A DNA stretch of 64,000 bases, taken from positions 32,001-96,000 of the IMG/VR virus record IMGVR_UViG_3300043823_000198; one strand, 5' to 3'. Of the stretch, positions 17,423-30,500 are shown piece after piece. This DNA comes from a virus. Numbering within the stretch: position 1 is the first letter of the stretch; each line of letters opens with the position of its first letter. The notes under the pieces are model-generated. The model searched no databases. It worked only from the letters and a program-made list of their open reading frames with translations, and had not been told where the DNA came from. The position numbers and the translations under genes are program-made.

Positions 17423-19266
17423 TGTCTAATAACCAAAAAATTTCAACAACAGATCTAGATTTTGACGACATCAAGTCAAATTTAATTACATATTTACAGG
17501 GGCAAACCCAATTTCAAGATTATAATTTTGAAGGTTCAGCGTTATCTGTTCTCTTAGATGTTCTTGCCTATAATACTCATTATAATGCTCTGTATAATAA
17601 CTTGGCAATTAATGAGATGTTTCTTGATTCTGCCAGAAAACGCAACAGTGTAGTTTCTCTTTCAAAAATGCTTGGCTATAGACCTAGATCAGCAGCCTGC
17701 GCGACAGCACAGGTTACTTTAACTGTTACTGTTCCAACTGGTTCTAATGTTCCAACAACATTAACACTCCCAGCTCTTTCTGCATTTAATACTAATGTGA
17801 ATGGAACGACATATTCGTTTTATAATCAACAATCTATTACAGTATCACCTTCTGGAAACACATTTACGTTCTCGAACATTACAATCACAGAAGGTACTCC
17901 TTTAACCAACACATATACATACGAAACAGGAACAGTTATTCAAATCCCTAATCAATATGCGGATTTAAGCACACTAACTGTTTCAGTTCAAGATAATGCA
18001 TCTTCATCTGTTTATAATTACTTTAAACCAGCAGACACATTAGTCAACGTCGGTCCAACATCCAATGTGTATTGGGTAAAAGAAATCGATGATGGATTAT
18101 ATGAAGTAGATTTTGGAGATGGTAATCTTGGAACTGCTCTGGTTCCAGGTAATGTTGTATATTTAAATTATTTTGTTTCTGATCTAGATGCTGTAAATGG
18201 AGCAAATTCTTTTACATATAATGGACCACAACTAATAAGCGCAGCACCAACAACTGTTACAACTTTATCTGCTGCTATAAATGGTTCTGATGTAGAGACT
18301 ATTGATAGTATTCGTTTCAATGCACCTAAGTTTTACTCTTCTCAGAATAGAGCTGTCACTGTTGATGATTATAAAGCAATTATATATTCTAATGTCCCAG
18401 TTGCTCAATCCGTTTCAGTATGGGGTGGTGAAGATAATGTTCCTCCTGTATATGGTCAAGTTTTTATTTGTATAAAACCTTATAATGTATCAGTATTAAC
18501 TTCTGTTCAAAAGACTGATATCATAACAAATATTCTTAAACCAAGAGGGATTGTTTCTATAATTCCAAATATTGTTGATCCGGACGTTATCAACATTGAG
18601 CTTACAATAACTGCATATTATAACGATCAAATTACAACTAAATCTCCATCTGACCTTGCAACTATTATTACCAATGTTGTTAGCGATTATAACAATTCTG
18701 ACTTACAGAATTTTGATGGAGTATTTAGATTTTCAAAATTAAGTAGATTAATTGATGAATCTGATGATTCAATTGAAAGTAATATCTCGACTTTAGTTCT
18801 TCAACGAGAAATCGCTAATCCACAATATAACACTTCTGCTGAATATACAATTAACCTTATTAATCCAATTCGTGAAACAGGAACTCCTGATAATGCTATT
18901 TTGAGTAGTGGTTTCTATATTCCTGGAAGCACTAATGTTTATTACCTAGACGACGATGGTCAAGGAAATATTCGCCTATTCTACTATGGCCCAGATGGTT
19001 CTAAAGTTGTGGCAAACGCTTCTATTGGAACAGTTACATATACTACAGGATACATTGATATTAAGAACCTAACAATTTCTTCTTTATATGATTCATCTTT
19101 ATATTTTACAATTAAACCACTTTCCAACGATGTAGTATCAGCCCTTTCTCAATATGTGCAAATTGATATGGCCAATTTGGTTGTCAATGTAATCCCTGAT
19201 CCAACTGCATCAGGATTGCTTGGTGGTGGAAACAACTACATATTTACTCCTAGTATTGTTGCGTAA
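17422..19266 (+). CDS. gp6: Baseplate wedge gp6
   Basis: LDFDDIKSNL, DYNFEGS, LAYNTHY, FGDG, QNRAVT.DDY, WGGE. Confidence 0.95.
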   Translation: MSNNQKISTTDLDFDDIKSNLITYLQGQTQFQDYNFEGSALSVLLDVLAYNTHYNALYNNLAINEMFLDSARKRNSVVSLSKMLGYRPRSAACATAQVTLTVTVPTGSNVPTTLTLPALSAFNTNVNGTTYSFYNQQSITVSPSGNTFTFSNITITEGTPLTNTYTYETGTVIQIPNQYADLSTLTVSVQDNASSSVYNYFKPADTLVNVGPTSNVYWVKEIDDGLYEVDFGDGNLGTALVPGNVVYLNYFVSDLDAVNGANSFTYNGPQLISAAPTTVTTLSAAINGSDVETIDSIRFNAPKFYSSQNRAVTVDDYKAIIYSNVPVAQSVSVWGGEDNVPPVYGQVFICIKPYNVSVLTSVQKTDIITNILKPRGIVSIIPNIVDPDVINIELTITAYYNDQITTKSPSDLATIITNVVSDYNNSDLQNFDGVFRFSKLSRLIDESDDSIESNISTLVLQREIANPQYNTSAEYTINLINPIRETGTPDNAILSSGFYIPGSTNVYYLDDDGQGNIRLFYYGPDGSKVVANASIGTVTYTTGYIDIKNLTISSLYDSSLYFTIKPLSNDVVSALSQYVQIDMANLVVNVIPDPTASGLLGGGNNYIFTPSIVA

Positions 19267-21167
19267 TGATTACCAAACCTAATGTTTCTACTTTAGTTCC
19301 ACAACAACTTCCTGAATTTGTAAGGAATGAGTATGGAACATTTGTGTCTTTTTTACAAGCATACTATGATTATCTTGAAACAACTCAGGTTGATGTCACA
19401 ACAGCCAGAGATGTAGATTCAACACTAGACACATTCCTTACATATTTTAGAGATGAATTACTTTCAAAATTTCCCTTAGAAACAGTATCAGACCAACGTT
19501 TCATTATGAAACGTGTCAAAGATTTGTACCAAGCAAAGGGTACTGAATCCGCTGTTAAGTTGTTGTTTGAACTTATCTATGGTAAACAAGTAAGTGTATT
19601 TTATCCTTCAACGCAAGTTCTTCGCCCATCTGACAATACTTGGAATCAAGATACATCTCTATTTGTTCAGATTAACAATGGTAACCCAGACGATATCGTT
19701 GGAGCAATTGTTCAAATTATTTCTAACGATAAGATAACAGAAGTAACAGTTCAGGGTCGCCAGAACGTACAGATTGAAGTTGATAGAGCAATTGAAGTTT
19801 CTACAACAATTTATGAATATCTTATCGATCGTAGATTTTTTGGTAATATCAGTATCGGCGATATCGTTCGTTATCAAAACACAGAAACTGGTGTAGATTT
19901 CTCAGGAACTATTTTACCAACAACTTCTGGTTTACAAATTTTAGAACCAGGTACTGGTTTCAAAGTTGGTGATGTATACCCAATAACAAACTTCAACGGA
20001 ACAGGAACCATGTTAAAGGTTTCTCAGGTTGACAGTAATGGTGGTATTACTAAAGCGCAGTATATTCAATTTGGTACAAATTACACAACTAACTTCACTC
20101 AAACAATTTCTTCAACAACTGGAACTGCCGCTGTTGCACAAACAACTGGTGTCCAATTAACAAGAAGCGTAACCGAAACATTAAATGGACTTGGTGTTTA
20201 TGTTGCGACATATAACATCGGTATCTCTGAATTCACAAATGGTTTTGCTGAAGATGGTGTGTTCAACACAGTTGATTATGAATATGCGCAAAACACAAGC
20301 GTTATGGAATGGGATCCATCATATGCTGGTGCTATTCTAAGACAATTTGGCCTAACATCTACCCAGGCTATTACCTCATCTTCTTCTGAATATACTTCTG
20401 CCTTGGTTCAGGTTAATCTTGGTGCAGTTGCCACATATCCAGGATATTGGTTAACGAATGCCAGCTTTTTAGATGATGCTATTTTTATTCAAGATAGTCA
20501 TTTCTATCAGGCATTTTCTTATGTTGTCCAAATCGATGAAAAACTAGACACATATAAAACAGCTGTTAAGAATTTGATTCATCCTGCAGGTATGGCATTA
20601 TTTGGTGAATATAATGTACAGAATACATTTAGTTTGAATGTCCAGTTACAGTCTATTCTTAAGATTCTGAATGAATCGTTGAATGATAGTGTAACGATGC
20701 TTGAGTATGCTCAGTTGTTTACAACTAAACCATTGGCAGATTCTCAAACATTATCAGATTTCACTAAGTTGACAACAACTAAACCATTGACAGATTCTCA
20801 AACACTGTCAGATATTTTAGTAAAGCTAACAACAAAGGCGCTTACAGACAGTCAGACACTTACTGATGTAATCACATCTAAGATATTCGGTAAACTTCTT
20901 ACTGATTCTCAGACAATGGCAGAAAGTATTGGTCCATTTAGAACAACAAAAGCATTGGCAGACGCTCCTGTTATGTCTGACACGACAGGAACTAACCTAA
21001 ATAGAACAAACCCCCAAATAGTTTATACTACTAACGTAACTAATCAATCGTCTTCAAGTGTAACAATGTCCAGCGCAGGATTTATTGAATTGAATCCTTA
21101 CACATTAGCTGGTTATTTTACTGATGACACTGGATATTACGTTGGTTCACCAACTTCAATGAGTTAA
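19266..21167 (+). CDS. gp7: Baseplate wedge gp7-like protein with C-terminal repeats
   Basis: QLPEFV, FLQAYY, YQAKGTE, IQDS.FYQ.FSY, HPAG; lies between gp6 and gp8. Confidence 0.8.
   Translation: MITKPNVSTLVPQQLPEFVRNEYGTFVSFLQAYYDYLETTQVDVTTARDVDSTLDTFLTYFRDELLSKFPLETVSDQRFIMKRVKDLYQAKGTESAVKLLFELIYGKQVSVFYPSTQVLRPSDNTWNQDTSLFVQINNGNPDDIVGAIVQIISNDKITEVTVQGRQNVQIEVDRAIEVSTTIYEYLIDRRFFGNISIGDIVRYQNTETGVDFSGTILPTTSGLQILEPGTGFKVGDVYPITNFNGTGTMLKVSQVDSNGGITKAQYIQFGTNYTTNFTQTISSTTGTAAVAQTTGVQLTRSVTETLNGLGVYVATYNIGISEFTNGFAEDGVFNTVDYEYAQNTSVMEWDPSYAGAILRQFGLTSTQAITSSSSEYTSALVQVNLGAVATYPGYWLTNASFLDDAIFIQDSHFYQAFSYVVQIDEKLDTYKTAVKNLIHPAGMALFGEYNVQNTFSLNVQLQSILKILNESLNDSVTMLEYAQLFTTKPLADSQTLSDFTKLTTTKPLTDSQTLSDILVKLTTKALTDSQTLTDVITSKIFGKLLTDSQTMAESIGPFRTTKALADAPVMSDTTGTNLNRTNPQIVYTTNVTNQSSSSVTMSSAGFIELNPYTLAGYFTDDTGYYVGSPTSMS
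20680..20982 (+). repeat. ~18-19 aa tandem repeats (TTKPLxDSQTLSD) in gp7-like protein
   Basis: Five to six imperfect copies visible in the translation. Confidence 0.85.
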
Positions 21168-21181
21168 AATAGGAGAAATTT

Positions 21182-21643
21182 ATGGAATTATTAGACAATA
21201 CACTTAAGATTAAAGGCGATGTTGAGATCGTTCTCTTTGGCGCAGATGGACAGAAAAAAGACGCACGTCAGGTTAAGAACCTTGTTGTTACAGTAGGTAA
21301 GGCTTGGATTGCTTCCCGTATGCTAGTTGACGCTGGTGGTACTGGTGGTGTTCCTTTGATGTCATATATGGCTGTTGGTACATCTTCAACAACTCCAGCT
21401 GTTGGTGATACAACTCTTGGAACTGAAGCAGGTCGTGTGGCTTTAGCATCTTCTTCAGTAACTGGAACTGCAATCACTTACACTGCTACGTTCCCAGCTG
21501 GTACTGGTACTGGTGGTCTACAAGAAGCTGGTATTTTCAACGCTTCTTCTTCAGGCACTTTACTATGCCACACTACTTTCCCAGTTGTTAATAAAGCAGC
21601 TGGCGACACAGTTGCTATTACTTGGACAATCACAGTAAGTTAA
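21182..21643 (+). CDS. Virion structural protein (baseplate/fibre attachment-type)
   Basis: AGGAG SD; NLVVTVG, MAVGT, LGTE..R, EAGIFNA pattern common to phage tail-fibre base proteins. Confidence 0.65.
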   Translation: MELLDNTLKIKGDVEIVLFGADGQKKDARQVKNLVVTVGKAWIASRMLVDAGGTGGVPLMSYMAVGTSSTTPAVGDTTLGTEAGRVALASSSVTGTAITYTATFPAGTGTGGLQEAGIFNASSSGTLLCHTTFPVVNKAAGDTVAITWTITVS

Positions 21644-21658
21644 TATTAGGTAGATTAA

Positions 21659-24532
21659 ATGCCAGCACTATTAAAATCTGAATTACATAATTCCGTAGCC
21701 AAATTATTGTATACGGAGATTCAGAACAATACATCGAAATTTTATTATTTCTTGGGACAGACTTTACCGCCATCTGCGTGGCCAGATCCAACAAACCCAC
21801 CTGCTCCTGTTGATAGTGCTAATTATGAATTCAATACTCGTAATCAAATTATTACGATGAAGGAAATTAATTCTACTGATGTAACATATGTTATTCCTAG
21901 AGTAAACTGGACTTCTGGTACTATATACGATATGTATGATGATCAATATAGCACAGAAGTACAGGGTATTAATCTAATTTCTGGTGGATATGGTTACACA
22001 ACTGCCCCAACAGTAACAATTACTGGTGGTAATGGATCTGGAGCAACAGCAACAGCAACAGTTAGTAGCGGTCAGATTGTTGGGATAACTCTTACTGCAA
22101 GAGGTATTGGTTATACAGCAATTCCAACTGTTACTATTACTGGTGGCGGTGGTACTGGTGGCGTAGCGACTGCCGTTGTTACTATCGCTCCATCTGGCGC
22201 CCAACAAATTGAAGCTACAAATTCTGTTGTGTTAACAACAGACTTTAACGTATATAGATGTCTGGACAATTATAATAATTCAGCTTCTACATATCAACCT
22301 ATCGGCACTGTTGTAGATCCAGTTATCATGCCAGATGGTTATATGTGGAAATACTTGTATAGTATTCCTATCGCATTAAGAAATAAATTTCTAACTGATC
22401 AATATATGCCAGTTGTTAATGCGCTAACAGATCAATTCTTTGAAAATGGTCAGCTGCTTAATATCGGTATTCAATCTGGTGGTTCAGGATACACATATGC
22501 AACTGTCACATCAAATGGTGATGGATATCGTTCTTCTGACCCAGTTATTATTTCTAACACAACAATTACAAATCCTGGAACAGGATATACTGGTGGAGCA
22601 ACTCTAACTGCATCTCCACCGATTCCCAATGCTTCTGCATGGGTTGCTGGAAATCAAATCCTTCTTGGTCAATATGTAACATATGGTAATAATGAATATG
22701 TTGCTACCCAAACTGGTATTCTAGCAACACCTGCCCCGACGCATACAACTGGCATTGTTCAGAACGGTACTGCTGCTTTACAATATGTTGGATCAACAGT
22801 AACTGGTATTGTTAACGTAACAGCTGGTGCTGTTACAGGTATCACATTAAACGGTAGCCTTTATGACTTTAACATCACCAATGGTGGTTATGGTTATAAT
22901 GCTCCTCCTGTTGTTAACGTCGCTGATACAAATGATACTGGTGGTGAAGGATCTGATGGCGAACCTTCCGGAGAAGATTCTGATGATTGGGCGGGAACTG
23001 CTTTAATGAGCGGAACGTCTGTTTCTTCTATTCAAACTTCTAATCAGGGATATAACTATCGCACTGCCCCAGCAGTAACTTTCGGTAACCAATGGGCTGC
23101 TTCAACTGCAGTAACAGTTGGTTCTCAATATTATACGTCTAATAGACTTTATACTGTTCTTCAGTCTGGAACTACAGGAACAACTGCACCAACTGCTGTT
23201 TCTAATAGCATCCAAAGTATTGAGGTATCTTCTGGTGGTGCTGGATATATCTCTGCCACTGTTACTATTTCTGCTCCTGATATTGCTGGTTCAACGCAGG
23301 CAACTGCAACTGTTACTATTTCTGCAGGTGTAATTACTGCAATTAATATCACTAATCCAGGAAGTGGTTACGTAAATACTCCTACTGTTACAATCAATAA
23401 TACAGGCAATAATACGCTTGGTGCTATTGCTCAGGTTGGTAATATTCAGATTGGCTTTACTGATGGAACTGCTAAACTTACCTATGTTGGTTGGCCAGCA
23501 ACTGCAACTTCAATTCTAAAATACGGTTCAGGATATACTGCCGCTCCAACATTGACAATCAATGCAGTATCTGGTGGTACTGGCGCTTCAGCATATTTCG
23601 TTGTCGCTAAATCAGAAGCAAAGTTAATTCCAATTATTCAAAATGGTCAAATTACTGGAGTTAATATTTTAGATCCAGGAATTGGATACACATATTCAAA
23701 CCTAACAGTTACTGGTGATGGTTCTGGCGCAATTCTTCAGGCAAACTTAAGTCCTGGAGACTTAACTACACTTCAGGCAAATACTGAGTTGTTGACACCA
23801 GACGGACGTATCATGGCTTACCCAGTTATCTCTGGAGGTTATGGGTATGGTCCAAACCCAACAGTAACAATTACTGGCGACGGTACTGGTGCCGCTGCTC
23901 ATGCTATTGTTACTAATGGTGCTGTGACAAAGATTGTTGTTGATAATTATGGTCTTGGATATCGTTGGGCAAATATAACAATTTCCGGAACTGGTTATGG
24001 TGCAACTGCTCGTGCTATCATGGCTCCATTCGGTGGTCATGGTAAAGATCCAGTCACCAACTTATTTGCCAATACATTGATGTTTTTCACTGATATCTCT
24101 CAAGATCAAAATCAGGGATTTACTGTCAATAATGATTATCGTCAACTTGGTGTTATCGCCAATCCTAGAATTTTTGGAGCTTCAACTCTTTTAAATTCAG
24201 AAATTGCTTCAGCTTGTTATGTTGTTACTGGTGTCTTTAACACATCTCAGTTCCTACAAAATATGACTTTGACTGTTGGAACAAGTTCAGGTCCAAGATT
24301 TGTCGTAGTTTCGATTACATCGACTGGTATGTTGCTTCAGTCGCTTGATAATTATTATCCTAAAGTTGGGGATACTTTCTTAAATCCTGCTGGAAATACT
24401 TTTAGCGCAAGCGGTGTAACTCCACCAACAGTAGATAAATATTCTGGTAATATGTTCTTTATTGACAATAGAGAAGGGTTTACTCCTACTTCTAACCAAA
24501 CAGTTACGCTAAGAACTGTGCTTCAGTTCTAA
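21659..24532 (+). CDS. gp8: Baseplate wedge gp8, enlarged by inserted repeat domains
   Basis: [46 protein letters not shown]. Confidence 0.88.
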   Translation: MPALLKSELHNSVAKLLYTEIQNNTSKFYYFLGQTLPPSAWPDPTNPPAPVDSANYEFNTRNQIITMKEINSTDVTYVIPRVNWTSGTIYDMYDDQYSTEVQGINLISGGYGYTTAPTVTITGGNGSGATATATVSSGQIVGITLTARGIGYTAIPTVTITGGGGTGGVATAVVTIAPSGAQQIEATNSVVLTTDFNVYRCLDNYNNSASTYQPIGTVVDPVIMPDGYMWKYLYSIPIALRNKFLTDQYMPVVNALTDQFFENGQLLNIGIQSGGSGYTYATVTSNGDGYRSSDPVIISNTTITNPGTGYTGGATLTASPPIPNASAWVAGNQILLGQYVTYGNNEYVATQTGILATPAPTHTTGIVQNGTAALQYVGSTVTGIVNVTAGAVTGITLNGSLYDFNITNGGYGYNAPPVVNVADTNDTGGEGSDGEPSGEDSDDWAGTALMSGTSVSSIQTSNQGYNYRTAPAVTFGNQWAASTAVTVGSQYYTSNRLYTVLQSGTTGTTAPTAVSNSIQSIEVSSGGAGYISATVTISAPDIAGSTQATATVTISAGVITAINITNPGSGYVNTPTVTINNTGNNTLGAIAQVGNIQIGFTDGTAKLTYVGWPATATSILKYGSGYTAAPTLTINAVSGGTGASAYFVVAKSEAKLIPIIQNGQITGVNILDPGIGYTYSNLTVTGDGSGAILQANLSPGDLTTLQANTELLTPDGRIMAYPVISGGYGYGPNPTVTITGDGTGAAAHAIVTNGAVTKIVVDNYGLGYRWANITISGTGYGATARAIMAPFGGHGKDPVTNLFANTLMFFTDISQDQNQGFTVNNDYRQLGVIANPRIFGASTLLNSEIASACYVVTGVFNTSQFLQNMTLTVGTSSGPRFVVVSITSTGMLLQSLDNYYPKVGDTFLNPAGNTFSASGVTPPTVDKYSGNMFFIDNREGFTPTSNQTVTLRTVLQF

Positions 24533-24556
24533 CAATAGATACCTTAAAGAGTAAAA

Positions 24557-27500
24557 ATGACAATAGATTTTAATACCCAACCGTATAACGACGACTATAA
24601 CGAAGACAACAGATATTATAGAATTCTCTATAAGCCATCGTATGCGGTTCAGGCTAGAGAACTAACTCAAATGCAGTCTATTCTTCAGAATCAGATTAAG
24701 CGTTTTGGGGATAATGTATTTAAACAAGGTGCGATGGTTATTCCTGGACAGGTTTCTGTTCAGACAATAACGCAACCAAATTCTGGTATCAATTACGTTA
24801 AACTACAATCATTAAACTCTAATGGTATTGCAGTTGAAACATTCCTATCATCATTAGTTGGTAAAACTATTGTTGGTCAAACTACAGGTGTTACTGCGCA
24901 AGTAACACAAGTCGCTCATGCTTCTGGTTCAGATCCATCTACAATTTATGTAAATTATACTGCATCTGGAACTAATAATAGCACAAGTATTTTTGCTGAT
25001 GGTGAAATTATCTCAACATCAGATTCTCTTTACACATTTAACGCATATGGAACCAGTGGTTCTGGATTAACAACTGCAACTGGTCTTGGTTCTGGTGCAA
25101 GTATTCAAAGGGGTGTTTATTACTTCAATGGCTACTTCTGTTTAGTTGAAGCTCAATCAATAATTCTTGACAAGTATGATAATACTCCTTCTAAAAAGAT
25201 TGGTTTAATTTGGAGTGAATCAATTGTTGATTCTAGCGAAGACGCTTCTTTGTTGGATAACGCCCAGAACTCATATAACTACGCAGCTCCAGGAGCTGAT
25301 CGTTATTTTATTGAACTTACTCTTGTTAGTTATAATTTAACTGATACAACTGACCCGTCATTTGTTGAGTTAATTCGTGTCACAAATGGTGCAATTTTTA
25401 CTTTAACAAATACCACTTCTTATAATGACCCTGCAGCGGCAATTGCTCAAGCGATCTATGATACAGAAGGTAACTATACTGTTAATCCATTTTTGCTTGA
25501 CATTCGCGAGGACAGAACAAACAATCGTGGAACTTGGGCTTCTAACACAGCGTATTTGATTGACGATATTGTAACTTACAATGGTAATACGTATGTTGCT
25601 CAAAATAGTGGAACATCAGTTTCAACTCCACCGACACAAACTAACGGAACTGCCTACGACGGTCCATCTAATACTGGTATCAACTGGTTATATAATGCAA
25701 ATCCTGCATATAACAACGGTATCAATGTTGGTGGCAGCGTAAACAATTTGGCTGTTGGTCTAGAGGCTGGTACAGCATTTGTTCAAGGTTATGAATTTAC
25801 TAAACTTGGAACAACATATCTAACAGTTCCAAAACCAAGAACAACAGTTCAATTAACAAATTTTGTTATTCCTGGCCCAGATGATGTTGGTAACTATGTG
25901 TTAGTTTCTAATCTTCATGGTCTTCCACCAATCAACGATGGTACGCATGCTCCTTATCAAACAATAAATTTGTATGATACAATTACTGGTGCGGCTCCAG
26001 GGTCTGCTCCTTCTGGTGGAACTTTGGTTGGTACTGCTCGTGTTCGTTATATTGAATTCCACAGCGGAGATGATCCTTTTGATTCAAGTACAGTATATAA
26101 ACTTGGATTATTCAACGTTCAGATGCTCCCTGGATATACATTCAATCAGAATGTTAAGTCTTTCTACTATGGAACATTTAGCTCTGATATCTCTCCAGTA
26201 ATAACACAACAAACTGGTTCAGCTACAACATCAGGAACTTCAGTTACTGGCTACGGAACATCTTTCCAAACAAACTTTGTTGTTGGCGATCTAATTGTTT
26301 TTAATATCGGTTCTTCTCAAGAATTTGGTAAAATTACTGCCATTAACAGTCAGACTTCTATTACTCTTGCAGCAGCATTAACGACTGCAGAATCAAGTCA
26401 AGTATCTATTGGACGTTGTACTACACAGATTCTTGAACCAAACAGTAATTCCCTAATATTCCCTCTTCCAAATTATGCCATTAATTCAGTAAGAACATCA
26501 ACAGGAACAATTAATGCAAATTATACTGTATATGAACAGTATACAGCAAATGCATCTGGAACTTCTGTAACATTTACAACTTCAAATGGAACATTTGAAT
26601 CATATGCTGGTGTTTCTAATTATGTGTTTTGTAATATTACCACTGGTGTAGTTTTTACCCCAGCTGCGAGTCAGGTTTCTATTTCTGGAACAAGTTTAAC
26701 TGTTTCTAGTTTGACATCTGGACAGGCTGTTTCCGGAAACGTAATAAGTGTTATTGCTGGAGTTACTCGTTCAGGAACTGGTAACGAGAAAACCAAAACT
26801 CTTGTTACAACAACAGTTGTAATTAACTCGCAAGCGCAGGCTCAGGGTAATATTGTTACTCTTCCAAATGCTGACTTGTTTAAAGTAATAAGCATTAGAC
26901 AAGCAGATGGACAGGCATGGGGTTCTACACCAACATCATCTCAGTGGGTTACAGATATTTCTGAAAATTATACTGTTAATAATGGTCAAACAAATGAGTA
27001 CTATGGATTGGCATCATTAGTATTGAACCCTTCATATAACGTACCAACTGCCCCTATTCAAGTAACATACCAATATTTTACTCATGGTCAGGGTGACTAC
27101 TTTACTGTTAACTCATATAACAGTATTGCTTATACAGATATTCCACCAACCCTAAGAGATTCTCTAGATTTTAGACCACGTGTAGCTGACTATTCAGCAG
27201 GAACAGCACCAAACTTTAGTAGTTCTGGTTCTTCTTTTACAACTACACCGAAACGTGGTGTTTACTTTACCGCTGACTACAGTTATTATCTTGGTAGAAC
27301 TGATGCTATTGTTATAGACATTAATGGTAATTTCAGCGATATACAAGGTGTTGCTTCCCTTCAACCAGCAGCCCCATCTATCCCAACAAATTCAATGGGA
27401 TTATACTCATTGAGTTTGGAACCATATGTATTTGGAACAAGTTCAAGTAGTATTGTTCCAACGACTATATCATCTAGAAGATATACAATGTCTGATATTG

Positions 27501-30500
27501 CTAAATTGGATACTCGTATCTCCAATTTAGAATATTACACATCATTGTCAATGCTTGAACAATCAACACAATCTCTTACAACTACAGACAGTACTGGTCT
27601 GAACAGATTTAAAAATGGTTTCGCTGTTGATAATTTTTCTGGTCAAAATGGTCTCGGTAACCCAACTGATCCAGATTACCTATGTTCAATTGATTCACAG
27701 AACGGAATTCTACGTCCATTCTACTCAATGGACAACGTAAACCTTATTGAATTAAATTCAAATACAGCACAAAGAACTGCTTCTAATTATCAGGTTACTG
27801 GTGATATTATTACATTACCATATACAACTGCTCCTTTTATCACACAGAGCGTTGCATCTGAATTAGAAAATATCAACCCATTTGCTGTGTATACATTCTT
27901 GGGTTCTGTTAATCTAAATCCACCATCAGATGATTGGTTTGAAACAACTTCTTTACCAGACATTGTTAACAATGTAATGGGTAATTACAACTCAATTCTT
28001 GCAGCTTTCCAGGCAGCAAATATTGTTGGCGCTAACGGAGTTGGTACTGTTTGGAACGCATGGCAAACTATTTGGAGTGGCGCATCAACTATCACTGGTG
28101 TTAATGTAACATCTGGTAATACCATTTACTCTGCATATTCTCAATTAACTACTGGTATTCTTAACGGAACTATCACAAACGGAAGTAATTTCAGTGCCAA
28201 TCCTGGTGTTACAAGCACAGCTCAACATGGTTGGAGTATCGATGCTGGACAATATACTGCAAATGTAACTACAGCTACTCAGGTTGGACAAACTAGAACT
28301 GGTGTTGCATATAGTGTGCAGAGCGAAACTGATTATCAAACAGTTGGAACAAGCGTAGTTTCAACTGCTGTTATTCCTTATATCCGTTCAAGAAATGTTT
28401 TGGTTCAGGTTAAGGGATTAAAACCGCTGACACAAGTTTATCCATATTTTGATAGTGTTTCTGTTGCTTCTTACTGCACACCTTCTGTTAAGATGGTTTA
28501 TACACTATCATCAGGATCATTTGATTGTACTACAAATGCTGGAGCTCAGGCTTCTGCTTCAGCAAGACAAATTGCTGGTGATTCTCAGGTATGTTTAAAT
28601 ATTGGTGATGTTATAACAGGTACTGTTTCTGGTGCAACTGCTGTTGTAATTAATAAGTATACTGATTATTCAACAAGCGCATTATATCTAGAACTTGCAA
28701 ATGTAATTGGAACATTCAACGCCAACGAAACTATTACTGGTTCTATCAGTAGCGCAGTTGGTGCCGTAGTTTCTGTTACTATTCCAAGTAATAATAATCT
28801 AGTAACAAATAAACTCGGTGAATTAAACTTCTTATTTGATATTCCAAATAATTCATCATTACAGTTTAGAACTGGAACTCGCACGTTTACTCTATTAGAT
28901 ACTAATACGTTTACTGGTGATTATACAACAAAAGCATCTGGTACATATGAAGCCACTGGTATTCTAAACACAACACAAACTACTATTAATGCTGTTCAAA
29001 ATGCTAATGTAGTTCAGGAACAGGTTACTGATAATCAAACTGTCTATCAAACAAGCACTAATACTATAACAGCAAATGGTTGGTATGACCCTCTTGCAGA
29101 GTCTTTTTATGTGTCTTCAACTGGTGGAGCTTTCCTAACATCAATTGATATTTACTTTGCTTCTAAAGATTCAAATGTTCCTGTAACATTACAAATTAGA
29201 AACATGGTAAATGGAAATCCTGGTTCTTTAATTCTTCCATTCTCTGAAGTAACATTGACACCTGATCAGGTTAATATTTCTTCTAACGATGTTGTAATTG
29301 CAGATGGTTCGTCATGGCCAACATTTGATACACCTACTACATTTACTTTTGAAACACCAGTATATGTTCAAGATCAAACTGAATATTGTTTCGTTTTAAA
29401 ATCTGATTCTAATGGATATAATGTTTGGGTTTCAAACATGGGAGATTTAATCCCAGGAACTGATACATATGTAACTGAACAACCATATGCAGGTGTTATG
29501 TTCTTGTCTCAGAATGCGTCAACATGGACACCAGATCAAAATCGAGATATTAAATTTACTATTAATCGTGCAGTATTTAACACTAGCGTTGTTGGTAACG
29601 TTGAATTTACTAATGATATTATTCCTTTAGACGTTTTAGAAAACAATCCTTTCCAAACTAATGTTGGTTCAACTACTGTTCGTATATGGCATCCTGCGCA
29701 TAATATGCCAGCGAACTCAACAGTTAAGATTGATGGGTTTAATGCTGCCAATAATATTACTGGAACAATTACAACTTCTTCTACATCATCAACTGTTACA
29801 GGAACAGGAACTGCATTTAGTACTCAACTTGTAGTTGGTTCATGTTTATATGATGATAACATGAATCTAATTGGTCAGGTTGCTTCTATTTCATCTAACA
29901 CATCTTTGACATTGACTGCAAATGCAACAGAAGCATTAACTGGTTATCAACCAAATTATATTAATCCGATCAGCGGAATTCCTGCCTCTCAGATAATCGG
30001 GACACATATAATTTCTAATGTATTATTCGATGCTTACACAATTACTGTTTCAACTGCAGCTACTGTTGCTGGTTATCAGGGTGGCGCTGGCTGGAGAGCT
30101 TCCAAGAATGTACAGTTTGATGTTCTCAATCCAACAATTCAAATGCAAACATTCCCACAATGTACTACTAGCTTCTCAGCTAAGACTACTAGTGGCCAAT
30201 CTATCAATGGTTCTGAGACACCATATATTACAAGCAGCACATTTAACCCATGCATAATTGGTAACAATAATAGTTACTATTCTCCACAGATGATCGCTTC
30301 TTCTGTTAATGAAGCAGCGAATCTAAGTGGTAACAAGTCCTTGACATTCTCTGCCACAATGCAGACTAGCATTGATACTGTTTCTCCAGTAATCGATACT
30401 ACTCGTGCAAGTTTAATCTGTATCAATAATGCGATTAACAAACCAACAGAGTCTAACACTGACTTGGCTGCTCTTGATGTTATCTCTGTATTCAGTGGAT

